This document shows positions 20,595 through 29,086 of a stretch of 64,000 bases of DNA, piece after piece. The DNA is from an uncultured SAR116 cluster alpha proteobacterium (GTDB lineage: Bacteria > Pseudomonadota > Alphaproteobacteria > Puniceispirillales > Marisalimonadaceae): contig CABYED010000003.1 in assembly GCA_902517815.1 (NCBI GenBank), positions 70,048-134,047 on the forward strand. The letters are read 5' to 3'. The position numbers and the translations under genes were made by a program. The notes under the pieces are model-generated. The model did no database searches and was not told the origin of the DNA. It saw only the letters and a list, made by a program, of their open reading frames with translations. Position 1 is the first letter of the stretch; each line of letters begins with the position of its first letter.

Positions 20595-20904
20595 AAAAAA
20601 ATCCTCTTAACAATTTATCGTCTAATTTTTTTTTAAAGTTCAATCTATATAATTACTAATAATATAATAAAAGTTCTAAACCTAAAAACTTTGATTATAT
20701 TTTTTTCTTATGTTGTTGAAGGTTATTGATCTAATAATGAAAACTAACAACCATCTTGTATAGATTAATTTAAAAGTTAACAAATTAAAAATAAGAAAGT
20801 ATGTCAAATAATTTAAATATTCTTTGACGAATACTTTTTCTTGTAAAGATTACTCATAAGATAAATAACAATATAATTACAAATAATATTTTTATTACTT
20901 AACA

Positions 20905-21211
20905 GTTTTGAAGTCAAAGTTTTGTATTTACTATAATAAAAACCAAACTGCTTTATAAAGATAAAAATAAATAGATATAATATTGTTTTATGATGGCATT
21001 AATGATGTATAACCTTGGCTGTTGATTGGGATAAAGCTGAAAAGTTTGTACAAAAAAGGAAACTTTGATTGTAAAGGATCAGAAATTCATAAAGTAGCAG
21101 TTTGGTGATACAGTAACTGACCCATTGAAAGATATTTAAGGACCGTCAATGAATACTTTAATAAATCTTATGGCTATCGTTAGTTTAGCTGTAGCTCCAC
21201 TTTTGATTTAA
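20905..21211 (+). pseudogene. hppA: Decayed 3' fragment of a second hppA allele
   Basis: 20981-21211 aligns to hppA 16446-16676 (MMALMM, WDKAEKFV, KGSEIHK, PSMNTLINLMAIVSLAVAPLLI*) with frameshifts and stops; weaker matches near 20905-20965. Confidence 0.9.
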
Positions 21212-21242
21212 CAAAAACAATGATAAAGCTATTTAAATAGCT

Positions 21243-22115
21243 TTATTTATTAAATTTTATAATAGCTGAAAAGTCTAATGATCCTTGGTTTTCATTAACC
21301 ATTCTTTTATAATTTTCTTGTGAGTTTTTACCAAATGGTGCTGAAGTATTTGTACTTTCAATAGCCTTTAGAGCAATAGTAAGATCTTTTAGCATCAGAT
21401 CTGATGAAAAACCAGGTCTAAAGTCATTATCTGCTGGACTTGTTGGCCCAACACCTTTTATTGGGCAATAGCTATTTATAGCCCAACAGGAACCAGTTGA
21501 GGTTGACAATATTTCGAATAATTTTTTTGGATCCAAACCTAAATTCTGTCCTAAAGAAAAAGCTTCCCCTACTCCAATCATAGTAGTTGCTAATAACATA
21601 TTATTACATGCTTTTGTTGCTTGTCCTAAACCGGAAGAACCACATAATAATGATTTTTTACCCATTACTTCAAACAGGGGTAACATCATTTTATAAGCAT
21701 TTTCTGTTCCACCTACCATAAAAGTTAATGTTGCTTGTTCAGCTCCACCAACACCCCCTGAAACTGGAGCATCAAGAGATAAGATTTTTTTATCTTCACA
21801 TTTTTTATGAAGTTCTCTTGCTTTATCTACTTCAATGGTTGAGCAGTCTACAAATAGAGTGCCACGCGTGAACTTATCAATTATATTATCATAAACTTCT
21901 TCTACAATGTCACCATTAGGTAACATTGTAATTACAATATCCGTATCTTCCGCGATATCACTTAAATTATTAGCTGGCTTAAGGCCTTTAGGTAATAGAT
22001 TTTTCACAAATTCTTTATTTATATCATAACCAATAACCTCATAATTAGCTTTAAGAAGATTCATTGTCATTTTAGCTCCCATATTACCTAAGCCAATAAA
22101 ACCGATTTTTTTCAT
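21243..22115 (-). CDS. mmsB: 3-hydroxyisobutyrate dehydrogenase
   Basis: IGFIGLGNMG, ITMLPNG, DAPVSGG, KACNNMLL, YCPIKG, LMLKDL. Confidence 0.9.
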   Translation of the reverse strand: MKKIGFIGLGNMGAKMTMNLLKANYEVIGYDINKEFVKNLLPKGLKPANNLSDIAEDTDIVITMLPNGDIVEEVYDNIIDKFTRGTLFVDCSTIEVDKARELHKKCEDKKILSLDAPVSGGVGGAEQATLTFMVGGTENAYKMMLPLFEVMGKKSLLCGSSGLGQATKACNNMLLATTMIGVGEAFSLGQNLGLDPKKLFEILSTSTGSCWAINSYCPIKGVGPTSPADNDFRPGFSSDLMLKDLTIALKAIESTNTSAPFGKNSQENYKRMVNENQGSLDFSAIIKFNK

Positions 22116-23272
22116 TCCAATTCTCCTTTTAATAAAAATTCAGATAGAGGTGCAGTTTGAGTTTTAATCTTTCGTTCTGAGGTTAAAAGCTTTTCACTTA
22201 TTTGTAAATCTTGCTTCAATCCAAAAATGAAAGGATACCATTCTCTTGACAAACCACCTTTCCATTTCCATAAAAGGAAATCTAGTGCTTCAAAATCTTC
22301 ATCATTAACATTTACTTTTTGAGCTGGAGGGTTAGAACCAAAATCTGGTTTTAAAAAAAATTTTTTTATTTTTATAAATAATTTTGGGACACCGTGAATT
22401 TCCAACAATTTTGACCATTCTTTAATATTTTTCTGACCTCTGAAATTATTGGAGTAAATGTCTAAAATCAGAAGATCGGTTTTTATTAAACCTGTAGGAT
22501 TAATCATTACATCATTAATATTCTGTCTTCCAACATAAGGTCCTATAAACAGACGTCTAGGACAATAGTCATTTGAATAGTAATTATCCCAAAAAATTAC
22601 CCTATTTTGTAATGTTGTCTTAATCAATTTATAATTTGATAAATTTTTAGAAACAACATTTTTACCACAATAGAACATAATTATTTTTGGATCCAATATC
22701 TTACTTAAGTCTTTTAAATAAAAAGGTTCATCTTGAATTAATTCATCAGCGTATATTCTAGGCACAAAGAAGATACTTTGTTCTAATTCTTTTGAAAGCT
22801 TGTTCGCCAAAATAGCATGATATGTTCCTTCGGACACATCAACGCCAAATTTATTTTTGAAATTAGGTGGAATGTCATCTAACAATAAGGCTATTGAAGT
22901 TGCACCATCATTAAGTAATTGCCTTGCTTTACGTAAAAGAACTTCAAAATCTGATTTTTTATTTGTTTTGGTTTTTTCTTTTAGTTGTCTGAAATTAAAG
23001 TCTAACCCAGGTGCAAGTCCTGCGATAACATCAATTTCATATTTTTTACTTACGTCTGTAAATTTACGAAAATTTAAACGCCAACTTTTGCTATATTTTT
23101 TTTTCCAACATAATCTATGATATGTGTCTTCTTTTGGGGCATAGAAATAGGTGTTCATATTATTTTTGTACAGAGACTTAATTATAAGTTCTCTATGTTC
23201 CCATGACAGAAGTCTTCCATAATAACCCTCTATATAGCCTCTGATACTTTTTTTAGCTGTTCTTTTTTTCAT
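22112..23272 (-). CDS. GH84 beta-N-acetylglucosaminidase (O-GlcNAcase-like) catalytic-domain protein
   Basis: RGYIEGYYG, YFYAPKEDTYHR, APGLD, catalytic LLLDDI, WDNYYSNDY; no signal peptide; stop overlaps the mmsB start by 4 nt. Confidence 0.85.
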   Translation of the reverse strand: MKKRTAKKSIRGYIEGYYGRLLSWEHRELIIKSLYKNNMNTYFYAPKEDTYHRLCWKKKYSKSWRLNFRKFTDVSKKYEIDVIAGLAPGLDFNFRQLKEKTKTNKKSDFEVLLRKARQLLNDGATSIALLLDDIPPNFKNKFGVDVSEGTYHAILANKLSKELEQSIFFVPRIYADELIQDEPFYLKDLSKILDPKIIMFYCGKNVVSKNLSNYKLIKTTLQNRVIFWDNYYSNDYCPRRLFIGPYVGRQNINDVMINPTGLIKTDLLILDIYSNNFRGQKNIKEWSKLLEIHGVPKLFIKIKKFFLKPDFGSNPPAQKVNVNDEDFEALDFLLWKWKGGLSREWYPFIFGLKQDLQISEKLLTSERKIKTQTAPLSEFLLKGELE

Positions 23273-23328
23273 TTGATATCTTTATTAATATTTGAATATT
23301 ATAATATCGAAATTAGGAGAAAAACATA

Positions 23329-24018
23329 ATGAAAATTTTAGCTATTGGCGCTCATCCTGACGATATAGAAATCTTTATGTATGGTTTAGTTTCTACTTAT
23401 AAAAAAAAGGGGAACCAAGTATTTACTATGATTGCAACTGATGGCTCTAAAGGAGGATCCACAAAAGACGATTTATTGTCCAAAAAAAGAGAAAAAGAGG
23501 CTATAGCTGGGTTAAAAAAAATATCAAAACCGATTTTTTTAAATATACCTGATGGTGAATTAGGTGAAGATCCTGAGCATCGCAGAATAATAAAAGAAAA
23601 CATTTTAAAAATTATGCCAGATTTGATCATTACTCACTTTCAAAATGATTATCATTCTGATCATAGGTCTTTATCATTTATAACAAGCAGTGTTGTAAGT
23701 CATTATATCCCGGTAATATACTGCGACACTTTGATGGGTATAAATTTTAATCCTAACTTTTACATTGATATAACAGAGCATTTTTTGTTAAAAAAAGAAG
23801 CAATTCTAAAACATGAAACGCAAAAACCGCAAAGATTTATAGATTTGGCTAAATTAATGAATAGTTATAGGGCGGCACAGTGTAATGCTCCAAAAGGTAA
23901 ATATGCTGAAGCATATTTCTTCGAGCCGTCTTTCCCTTTTGCTGATATAAGGCACATTTTACCATCACCTCTCAAACTAAGACCTTTTCATATAGACAAT
24001 CAGCATGGATTTTTATAA
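23329..24018 (+). CDS. PIG-L/LmbE family N-acetyl-sugar deacetylase
   Basis: GAHPDDIE and DYHSDH metal motifs; AGGAG SD upstream. Confidence 0.85.
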   Translation: MKILAIGAHPDDIEIFMYGLVSTYKKKGNQVFTMIATDGSKGGSTKDDLLSKKREKEAIAGLKKISKPIFLNIPDGELGEDPEHRRIIKENILKIMPDLIITHFQNDYHSDHRSLSFITSSVVSHYIPVIYCDTLMGINFNPNFYIDITEHFLLKKEAILKHETQKPQRFIDLAKLMNSYRAAQCNAPKGKYAEAYFFEPSFPFADIRHILPSPLKLRPFHIDNQHGFL

Positions 24019-25104
24019 GCATTTATACAACTTACCTCCTGACTGAGGTTTTGATACTCCGGTAGTTGAAGGAAAAGTAAATGGAAGTTTATAAATTGAT
24101 CTTGCTGATAAATAAGCAATTAATTCTGCCTCTATATAATCAAAATTAAGGCCTATTTCTGTTTCATAAATGAAATTTATTTTTAATCTTTCTTTAAGTC
24201 TTTTCATCAAGTAAATATTTTTATACCCACCACCAGTTATTAAAATATTATTAATTTTTTTAGGCAAGAGTTCTATGCCACTAGCAACAGTTTCAACTGT
24301 AAACTCAGCCAATGTTGCCATTATATCTTTTAATGAATATTTTTTTTTTATCAATTTTTTATATGTATCTAAAAAAGTACCTCTATCTAAAGATTTAGGA
24401 GGAGGTTGTTTGAAAAAATCATTTTCTAGAAAATTTTTAATTTCATCATTTATAGGATATCCACTGGATGCTATATTTCCATCTTCATCAAAGTTTTTAT
24501 TTAAAACAGCTAACATATAATCATCCATAAGTGCATTCCCTGGTCCAGTATCAAACCCAATAAGATTATAACCATCCCAATATGTTATATTAGAAACACC
24601 ACCTATATTTAAAATGCAAGTTGGAAGTTTTAAGTTTGTTTGTTCAATAACATATTTATGATATATAGGTGCTAATGGAGCACCCTGACCTCCGAATAAA
24701 ATATCATTTGATCTAAAATCAAAAATAACATTTTTATTGAGCAACATTGATAATTTTTTTGGATCGCCAAGTTGAATAGAAATTTGTTGTTTTGAGTTAT
24801 GATATATTGTTTGTCCATGAAAACCAATTAAGTCACTCTTCTTAATAATATCTAAATCTTTAATAGCTAAATAATGTTCATTTGTAACAAACTCATCTAA
24901 ATATTTCTTTCTTTTTAAATTAAAATTTATGTCTTGTTTTAAAATATTAATTAATTTTTTTTTGGTGTTAGGGCTATATTTGTAAAAATAATTTTCATTT
25001 AACCTTTTTAAATTAAGACCATTAGTTTGAACCAAACTAATATCAATCCCATCCATGCTAGTTCCGGTCATTAAACCAACAATATTTAAGAAATCATAAT
25101 GCAA
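24013..25104 (-). CDS. anmK: Anhydro-N-acetylmuramic acid kinase
   Basis: GLMTGTSMDGID, GFHGQT, GGQGAPL, LNIGGVSN, FDTGPGN, PPKSLDR, TFPSTTG. Confidence 0.95.
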   Translation of the reverse strand: MHYDFLNIVGLMTGTSMDGIDISLVQTNGLNLKRLNENYFYKYSPNTKKKLINILKQDINFNLKRKKYLDEFVTNEHYLAIKDLDIIKKSDLIGFHGQTIYHNSKQQISIQLGDPKKLSMLLNKNVIFDFRSNDILFGGQGAPLAPIYHKYVIEQTNLKLPTCILNIGGVSNITYWDGYNLIGFDTGPGNALMDDYMLAVLNKNFDEDGNIASSGYPINDEIKNFLENDFFKQPPPKSLDRGTFLDTYKKLIKKKYSLKDIMATLAEFTVETVASGIELLPKKINNILITGGGYKNIYLMKRLKERLKINFIYETEIGLNFDYIEAELIAYLSARSIYKLPFTFPSTTGVSKPQSGGKLYKCL

Positions 25105-25151
25105 ACTAAAATTATTCCTTTTAAATAAACATAAATTATTTAATATGAATC

Positions 25152-25898
25152 ATGTCTCAAAATATACCTAAAACTGAACTTTTATATAAAAAAAGTAAGC
25201 CCATCGATAAGTTAAGTTTATCTGATGGTATAATCTTAATGACAAAAGAACAAAAAAACGCTTCATTAGAAGTTAAAAAAGCGTATAAATCAATTGAGAT
25301 ATCAATTAATAAAATTTACAAACATTTAGTGGCAAATCCAAATTCAAGATTGATATATGTTGGAGCGGGGACATCCGCAAGGATTGGTGTACAAGATGGG
25401 GTTGAACTTTTCCCAACATTTAATTGGCCAAAGAGTAGGTTAGATTTTATAATTGCTGGTGGCAATAAAGCTATTTTAGGTGCCGTAGAAAATGCTGAAG
25501 ATGATATAATTCAAGCTAAAAAAGCGGTATTACAAAAATTATTATGCGCAAAAGATGTTGTAATTGGTTTGGCCGCTAGTGGTAATACCCCTTTTACCTG
25601 TAAAGTTCTAGAAGAGGCTCAAAAAAAAAATGCTCTTACAATTGCAATAAGCAACAATCCAGAAGGAAAATTATTGAATTTTGGAAAATGTAATATCATT
25701 CTTGATACAAGAGAAGAGTTGATTTCAGGATCAACAAGATTAAAAGCTGGTACCGCTCAGAAAATTTGTCTAAATATAATATCTTCTATGGTTATGCTAA
25801 AAATGGGGAAAATTAAAAACGGAACAATGACTCATATGGTCCCAACAAATCAAAAACTTAGAGATAGAAAGCAGAGAATTGATATGGGAAAATATTAG
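25152..25898 (+). CDS. murQ: N-acetylmuramic acid 6-phosphate etherase (short form)
   Basis: GAGTSARIGVQDGVELFPTF, AVENAED, AASGNTPF, GSTRLKAGTAQK. Confidence 0.9.
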   Translation: MSQNIPKTELLYKKSKPIDKLSLSDGIILMTKEQKNASLEVKKAYKSIEISINKIYKHLVANPNSRLIYVGAGTSARIGVQDGVELFPTFNWPKSRLDFIIAGGNKAILGAVENAEDDIIQAKKAVLQKLLCAKDVVIGLAASGNTPFTCKVLEEAQKKNALTIAISNNPEGKLLNFGKCNIILDTREELISGSTRLKAGTAQKICLNIISSMVMLKMGKIKNGTMTHMVPTNQKLRDRKQRIDMGKY

Positions 25899-26042
25899 AG
25901 CTTTTAACAATAATTAATAAACTATTAAATTATAATAAGAATTTAAATCTAATTTTCTAACCAAAATTCAGAATTTGCATGATCCTAAACAATAGTAAAA
26001 AAATAATTATGTTATTAAGATTAAAATATTAAGGAGAAAAAA

Positions 26043-27053
26043 ATTAAAAAAATTGTTTTAATAACAGGATCTTCTGGATTTATCGGTTTTCATATAGCTA
26101 AATATTTTTTATTGAAAAAATGGTTAGTTATAGGTCTAGATGCGATGACAGATTATTACGATATTAACTTAAAGAAAAGTAGGCTAAAACTCTTAAAAGG
26201 CAATTTTAAATTTATTAGCTATATTGGTTTAATACAGGACAAAAAAATATTAAATGAAATTTTTTTAAAATATAACCCTAAAATTATTATTCATCTGGCA
26301 GCACAAGCCGGAGTTAGATATTCAATTGAAAATCCAAATTCCTACTTAGAGTCGAATATAGTAGGAGCTTTCCACCTTTTAGAAATTGCAAGAGAATTTA
26401 GACCAATTCATTTATTAATGGCATCAACATCTTCGGTATATGGTAACAACAAAGATATTCCATTTCAGGAAAATCAAAAATGTGATAGCCAAATATCTTT
26501 TTATGCAGCGACAAAAAAATCAAATGAGTTGATGGCGCATTCATATTCACATTTATATAATATACCTATTACCATGTTTCGTTTTTTTACTGTTTATGGA
26601 CCATGGGGAAGACCTGATATGGCTTTATTTAAATTCACCAAAAACATCTTACTAGATAAACCTATTGAAGTCTATAATCAAGGAAACATGTATAGAGATT
26701 TTACATTTATAAATGATTTAGTAACAGCTGTTTATTTATTGACGCAAAAAATACCTTTAAATAAAAATTTAAGAAAAGAAACTTTTAAAAATGATAGTAT
26801 TTCAGATATTGCTCCGTTTAGAATAGTAAATATTGGAAATTCTAAAGCAGTAAAGTTAATAGACTTTATAACTGAATTAGAATTTGTTCTTGGGAAAAAA
26901 GCTAAGAAAAATTTTCTAGAAATGCAAAATGGAGATGTTTACAAAACACATAGTAATATAGAATTGTTGAAGGCTATTACGGGGTTTAGGCCAAATACAA
27001 GCTTACGTGAGGGGATAACTGCATTTGTAAAATGGTATAAGTCATATTATTGA
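26043..27053 (+). CDS. UDP-glucuronate 4-epimerase-like SDR
   Basis: HLAAQAGVRYS, YAATKK, YGPWGRPDMA. The Rossmann motif ITGSSGFIG lies in frame upstream of the track start 26112, so the start is extended to ATT at 26043, 6 nt after AAGGAG. Confidence 0.8.
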   Translation: MKKIVLITGSSGFIGFHIAKYFLLKKWLVIGLDAMTDYYDINLKKSRLKLLKGNFKFISYIGLIQDKKILNEIFLKYNPKIIIHLAAQAGVRYSIENPNSYLESNIVGAFHLLEIAREFRPIHLLMASTSSVYGNNKDIPFQENQKCDSQISFYAATKKSNELMAHSYSHLYNIPITMFRFFTVYGPWGRPDMALFKFTKNILLDKPIEVYNQGNMYRDFTFINDLVTAVYLLTQKIPLNKNLRKETFKNDSISDIAPFRIVNIGNSKAVKLIDFITELEFVLGKKAKKNFLEMQNGDVYKTHSNIELLKAITGFRPNTSLREGITAFVKWYKSYY

Positions 27054-27085
27054 TTTTTTAAAAAATGCAATTACACAAACTATTT

Positions 27086-27841
27086 TTAATTAAAATCCAT
27101 CATTTTTATTATATTAAAATCTTTACCTATTCTCTTAATTATTTGAAGTAGAGGTTCTGTTTTTGTCTTCATGTGAAAAGCATTTGCATGAATACAATTT
27201 AAGTTATCTATCATAATACCTACATGACCTTCCCAAAAGATTACACATCCTCTTTTCAAATCATCAATATTTTTAATATTCCTTTTTTTTAATTGTATTT
27301 GTTGTGAAGTATTTCTGGGTATATTTTCTCCATAAGTTTGATAAGATAATTGTAATAAAGCCGAGCAATCTAGTCCAATAGTATCTCTTCCGCCCCATTT
27401 ATAAGGAGTGTCTTCTAGTAATTGAGCAACCTCTACCCAATCCGCAAGCTGATGATCTAGTTTAACAATGTGCTTGGCTGGCACGTAACCAATTTGTATT
27501 TCATTATTATAATTAAAACTAATTTCTGCCCAATCAAATCTAATATTTTCTACTAAAATCTTAGCACCCATTGGAAGATATAAAAGAGAGTTAGATCTTG
27601 AATTTTTATTTATATAAATAAAGGATCTACTTGCGATAACTCTATGCGTTGGATTTTTTGATTTACCCAATCCCTTTTTCTTAATCCACCCACAATAATT
27701 ATCTGTCTCTAATTTACAATATACCCAATCAAAATGCTTGTCTAAAATCTCAACAGTTTCACCAAACAAACATTCGGTTTCGAGAGGGGATGTCTCAATG
27801 GGTTCTGATTTCATAACTACTGAAGAAGTTATAATGTTCAT
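27086..27841 (-). CDS. SH3-NlpC/P60 (C40) peptidase, gamma-D-Glu-diamino acid endopeptidase-like
   Basis: PYKWGG, DCSAL, GHVGI, IHAN Cys-His-His triad; N-terminal LFGE...YCGWI SH3-like domain. Confidence 0.85.
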   Translation of the reverse strand: MNIITSSVVMKSEPIETSPLETECLFGETVEILDKHFDWVYCKLETDNYCGWIKKKGLGKSKNPTHRVIASRSFIYINKNSRSNSLLYLPMGAKILVENIRFDWAEISFNYNNEIQIGYVPAKHIVKLDHQLADWVEVAQLLEDTPYKWGGRDTIGLDCSALLQLSYQTYGENIPRNTSQQIQLKKRNIKNIDDLKRGCVIFWEGHVGIMIDNLNCIHANAFHMKTKTEPLLQIIKRIGKDFNIIKMMDFN

Positions 27842-28248
27842 GGGAATTTATCTTTAACCCATGATTTTACATCAAAATTTGGACAAGTTTTATTAGTATC
27901 ACCTGTATCACAATGTCCAACTATAGTAGCTTTAGGGTATAAAGATTTCCATTTTCTTAAAATTCTTTCCAATGATATATATTGCTTTATTGTAAATTTA
28001 GTTCTTCCAATTAAACATACACCTAAACTAATATCATTTTTTCCTTTAACGTGAGCTCCAACCCAGTATTCGGGTCGTCCATTTTCAACTTTGCCAGATC
28101 TGTTGATTATTTTGTGATACCCCACGCCATCCCAACCAAATTTTAAATGCATTTTGTGCAGATCTAAGGCACTTAAATTTTGACTGTCTTCAGTGTCTGA
28201 GCAATGAACTACAAGTAACTTAATTTTTTCGCGAAATAAAATATTCAT
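27838..28248 (-). CDS. T7-lysozyme-like N-acetylmuramoyl-L-alanine amidase (amidase_2)
   Basis: VVHCS, GWDGVGYH, GAHVKG, GH and KTCPNFDV Zn-amidase motifs; 4-nt overlap with the NlpC/P60 gene. Confidence 0.9.
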   Translation of the reverse strand: MNILFREKIKLLVVHCSDTEDSQNLSALDLHKMHLKFGWDGVGYHKIINRSGKVENGRPEYWVGAHVKGKNDISLGVCLIGRTKFTIKQYISLERILRKWKSLYPKATIVGHCDTGDTNKTCPNFDVKSWVKDKFP

Positions 28249-28384
28249 ATATTTAAATTGAGTCTATCAAACATCACCTAAATCATTTAAAAAATAATTG
28301 AAACAGAATTTCATATATAATATATATAGTGCAAATTTTCCTAAGTAAATATTGTTTACAAATAGGATATTATTACCAATATAT

Positions 28385-28417
28385 CCTGGTTTATTATGTT
28401 AATCCAGTGCGGTAGCT
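28385..28417 (+). promoter_or_regulatory. Degenerate JUMPstart/ops-like element upstream of the polysaccharide island
   Basis: tgttaatccagtgcggtagct resembles the enterobacterial JUMPstart tail (TGTTAAGCCAAGGGCGGTAGC); 7/8 match to the ops core GGCGGTAG; expected position and orientation. Confidence 0.4.
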
Positions 28418-28586
28418 ATTACTTAGTAAGAGACACTAGTATTTTACTAAAATAACAATGATAAAACTTTTATCTTTTAATTATAAAAGTTAAAAATAAA
28501 TAATTAAAATGCCTTTCCTTTTATTACTAGTTATTACTTTTGTTAGTTCATTTAAGGTGGCATTCTTATAATAGCTGACTAACTTA

Positions 28587-28888
28587 ATGTTGATTTTTGC
28601 GTTATGGTTATCATTTTAGCTACGCATGGAAATTTGGTACTGGCCTATTGATAATCCTTTAATGATGCTAATGTTGTCTGCTCTATTATTAGCTATCCCG
28701 GTTTTTATACAACTTGGGCTTTATTGAGTAATTATTCGCTATCTTGGTTTTAAAGCTTTTTTTTCTAAATTTAAAGCTGTGATAATTTATGAAGCTGCCT
28801 GGGGATTATAGTCTTTTTAACCGGTGTACAAGGCTTACCACGTTCCGTAGTGCCTATAAATGCAATGATCACATATTTTGCTCAATAG
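28587..28888 (+). pseudogene. Remnant of the N-terminal membrane domain of a WbpM/CapD/PglF nucleotide-sugar dehydratase
   Basis: Reads FALWLSF*LRMEIWYWP...AIPVFIQLGLY*VIIRYLGFKA...GVQGLPRSVV with stops and a frameshift; catalytic domain absent. Confidence 0.75.
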
Positions 28889-29086
28889 TTATCAGGTAAG
28901 GTAAGAGATGTAAATAGAGTTAAAAAACAACAATTATTATTAAATTTGACAATCTTTTAAGTAATTGCATAAGTTTAAAATTAAAGTTTTTAAACCTGAT
29001 TTTAAATTATACTCTATAATTAGTTGCAATATTTGAAATCTAAAATATTTAAAGATTAAAATCTAATTAAATGGAAATTTATTAAA

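Noticed and set aside
27838-28248. Prophage suggested by the T7-like lysozyme
   Set aside because: No holin, structural, replication or integrase genes nearby; context is cell-wall recycling.
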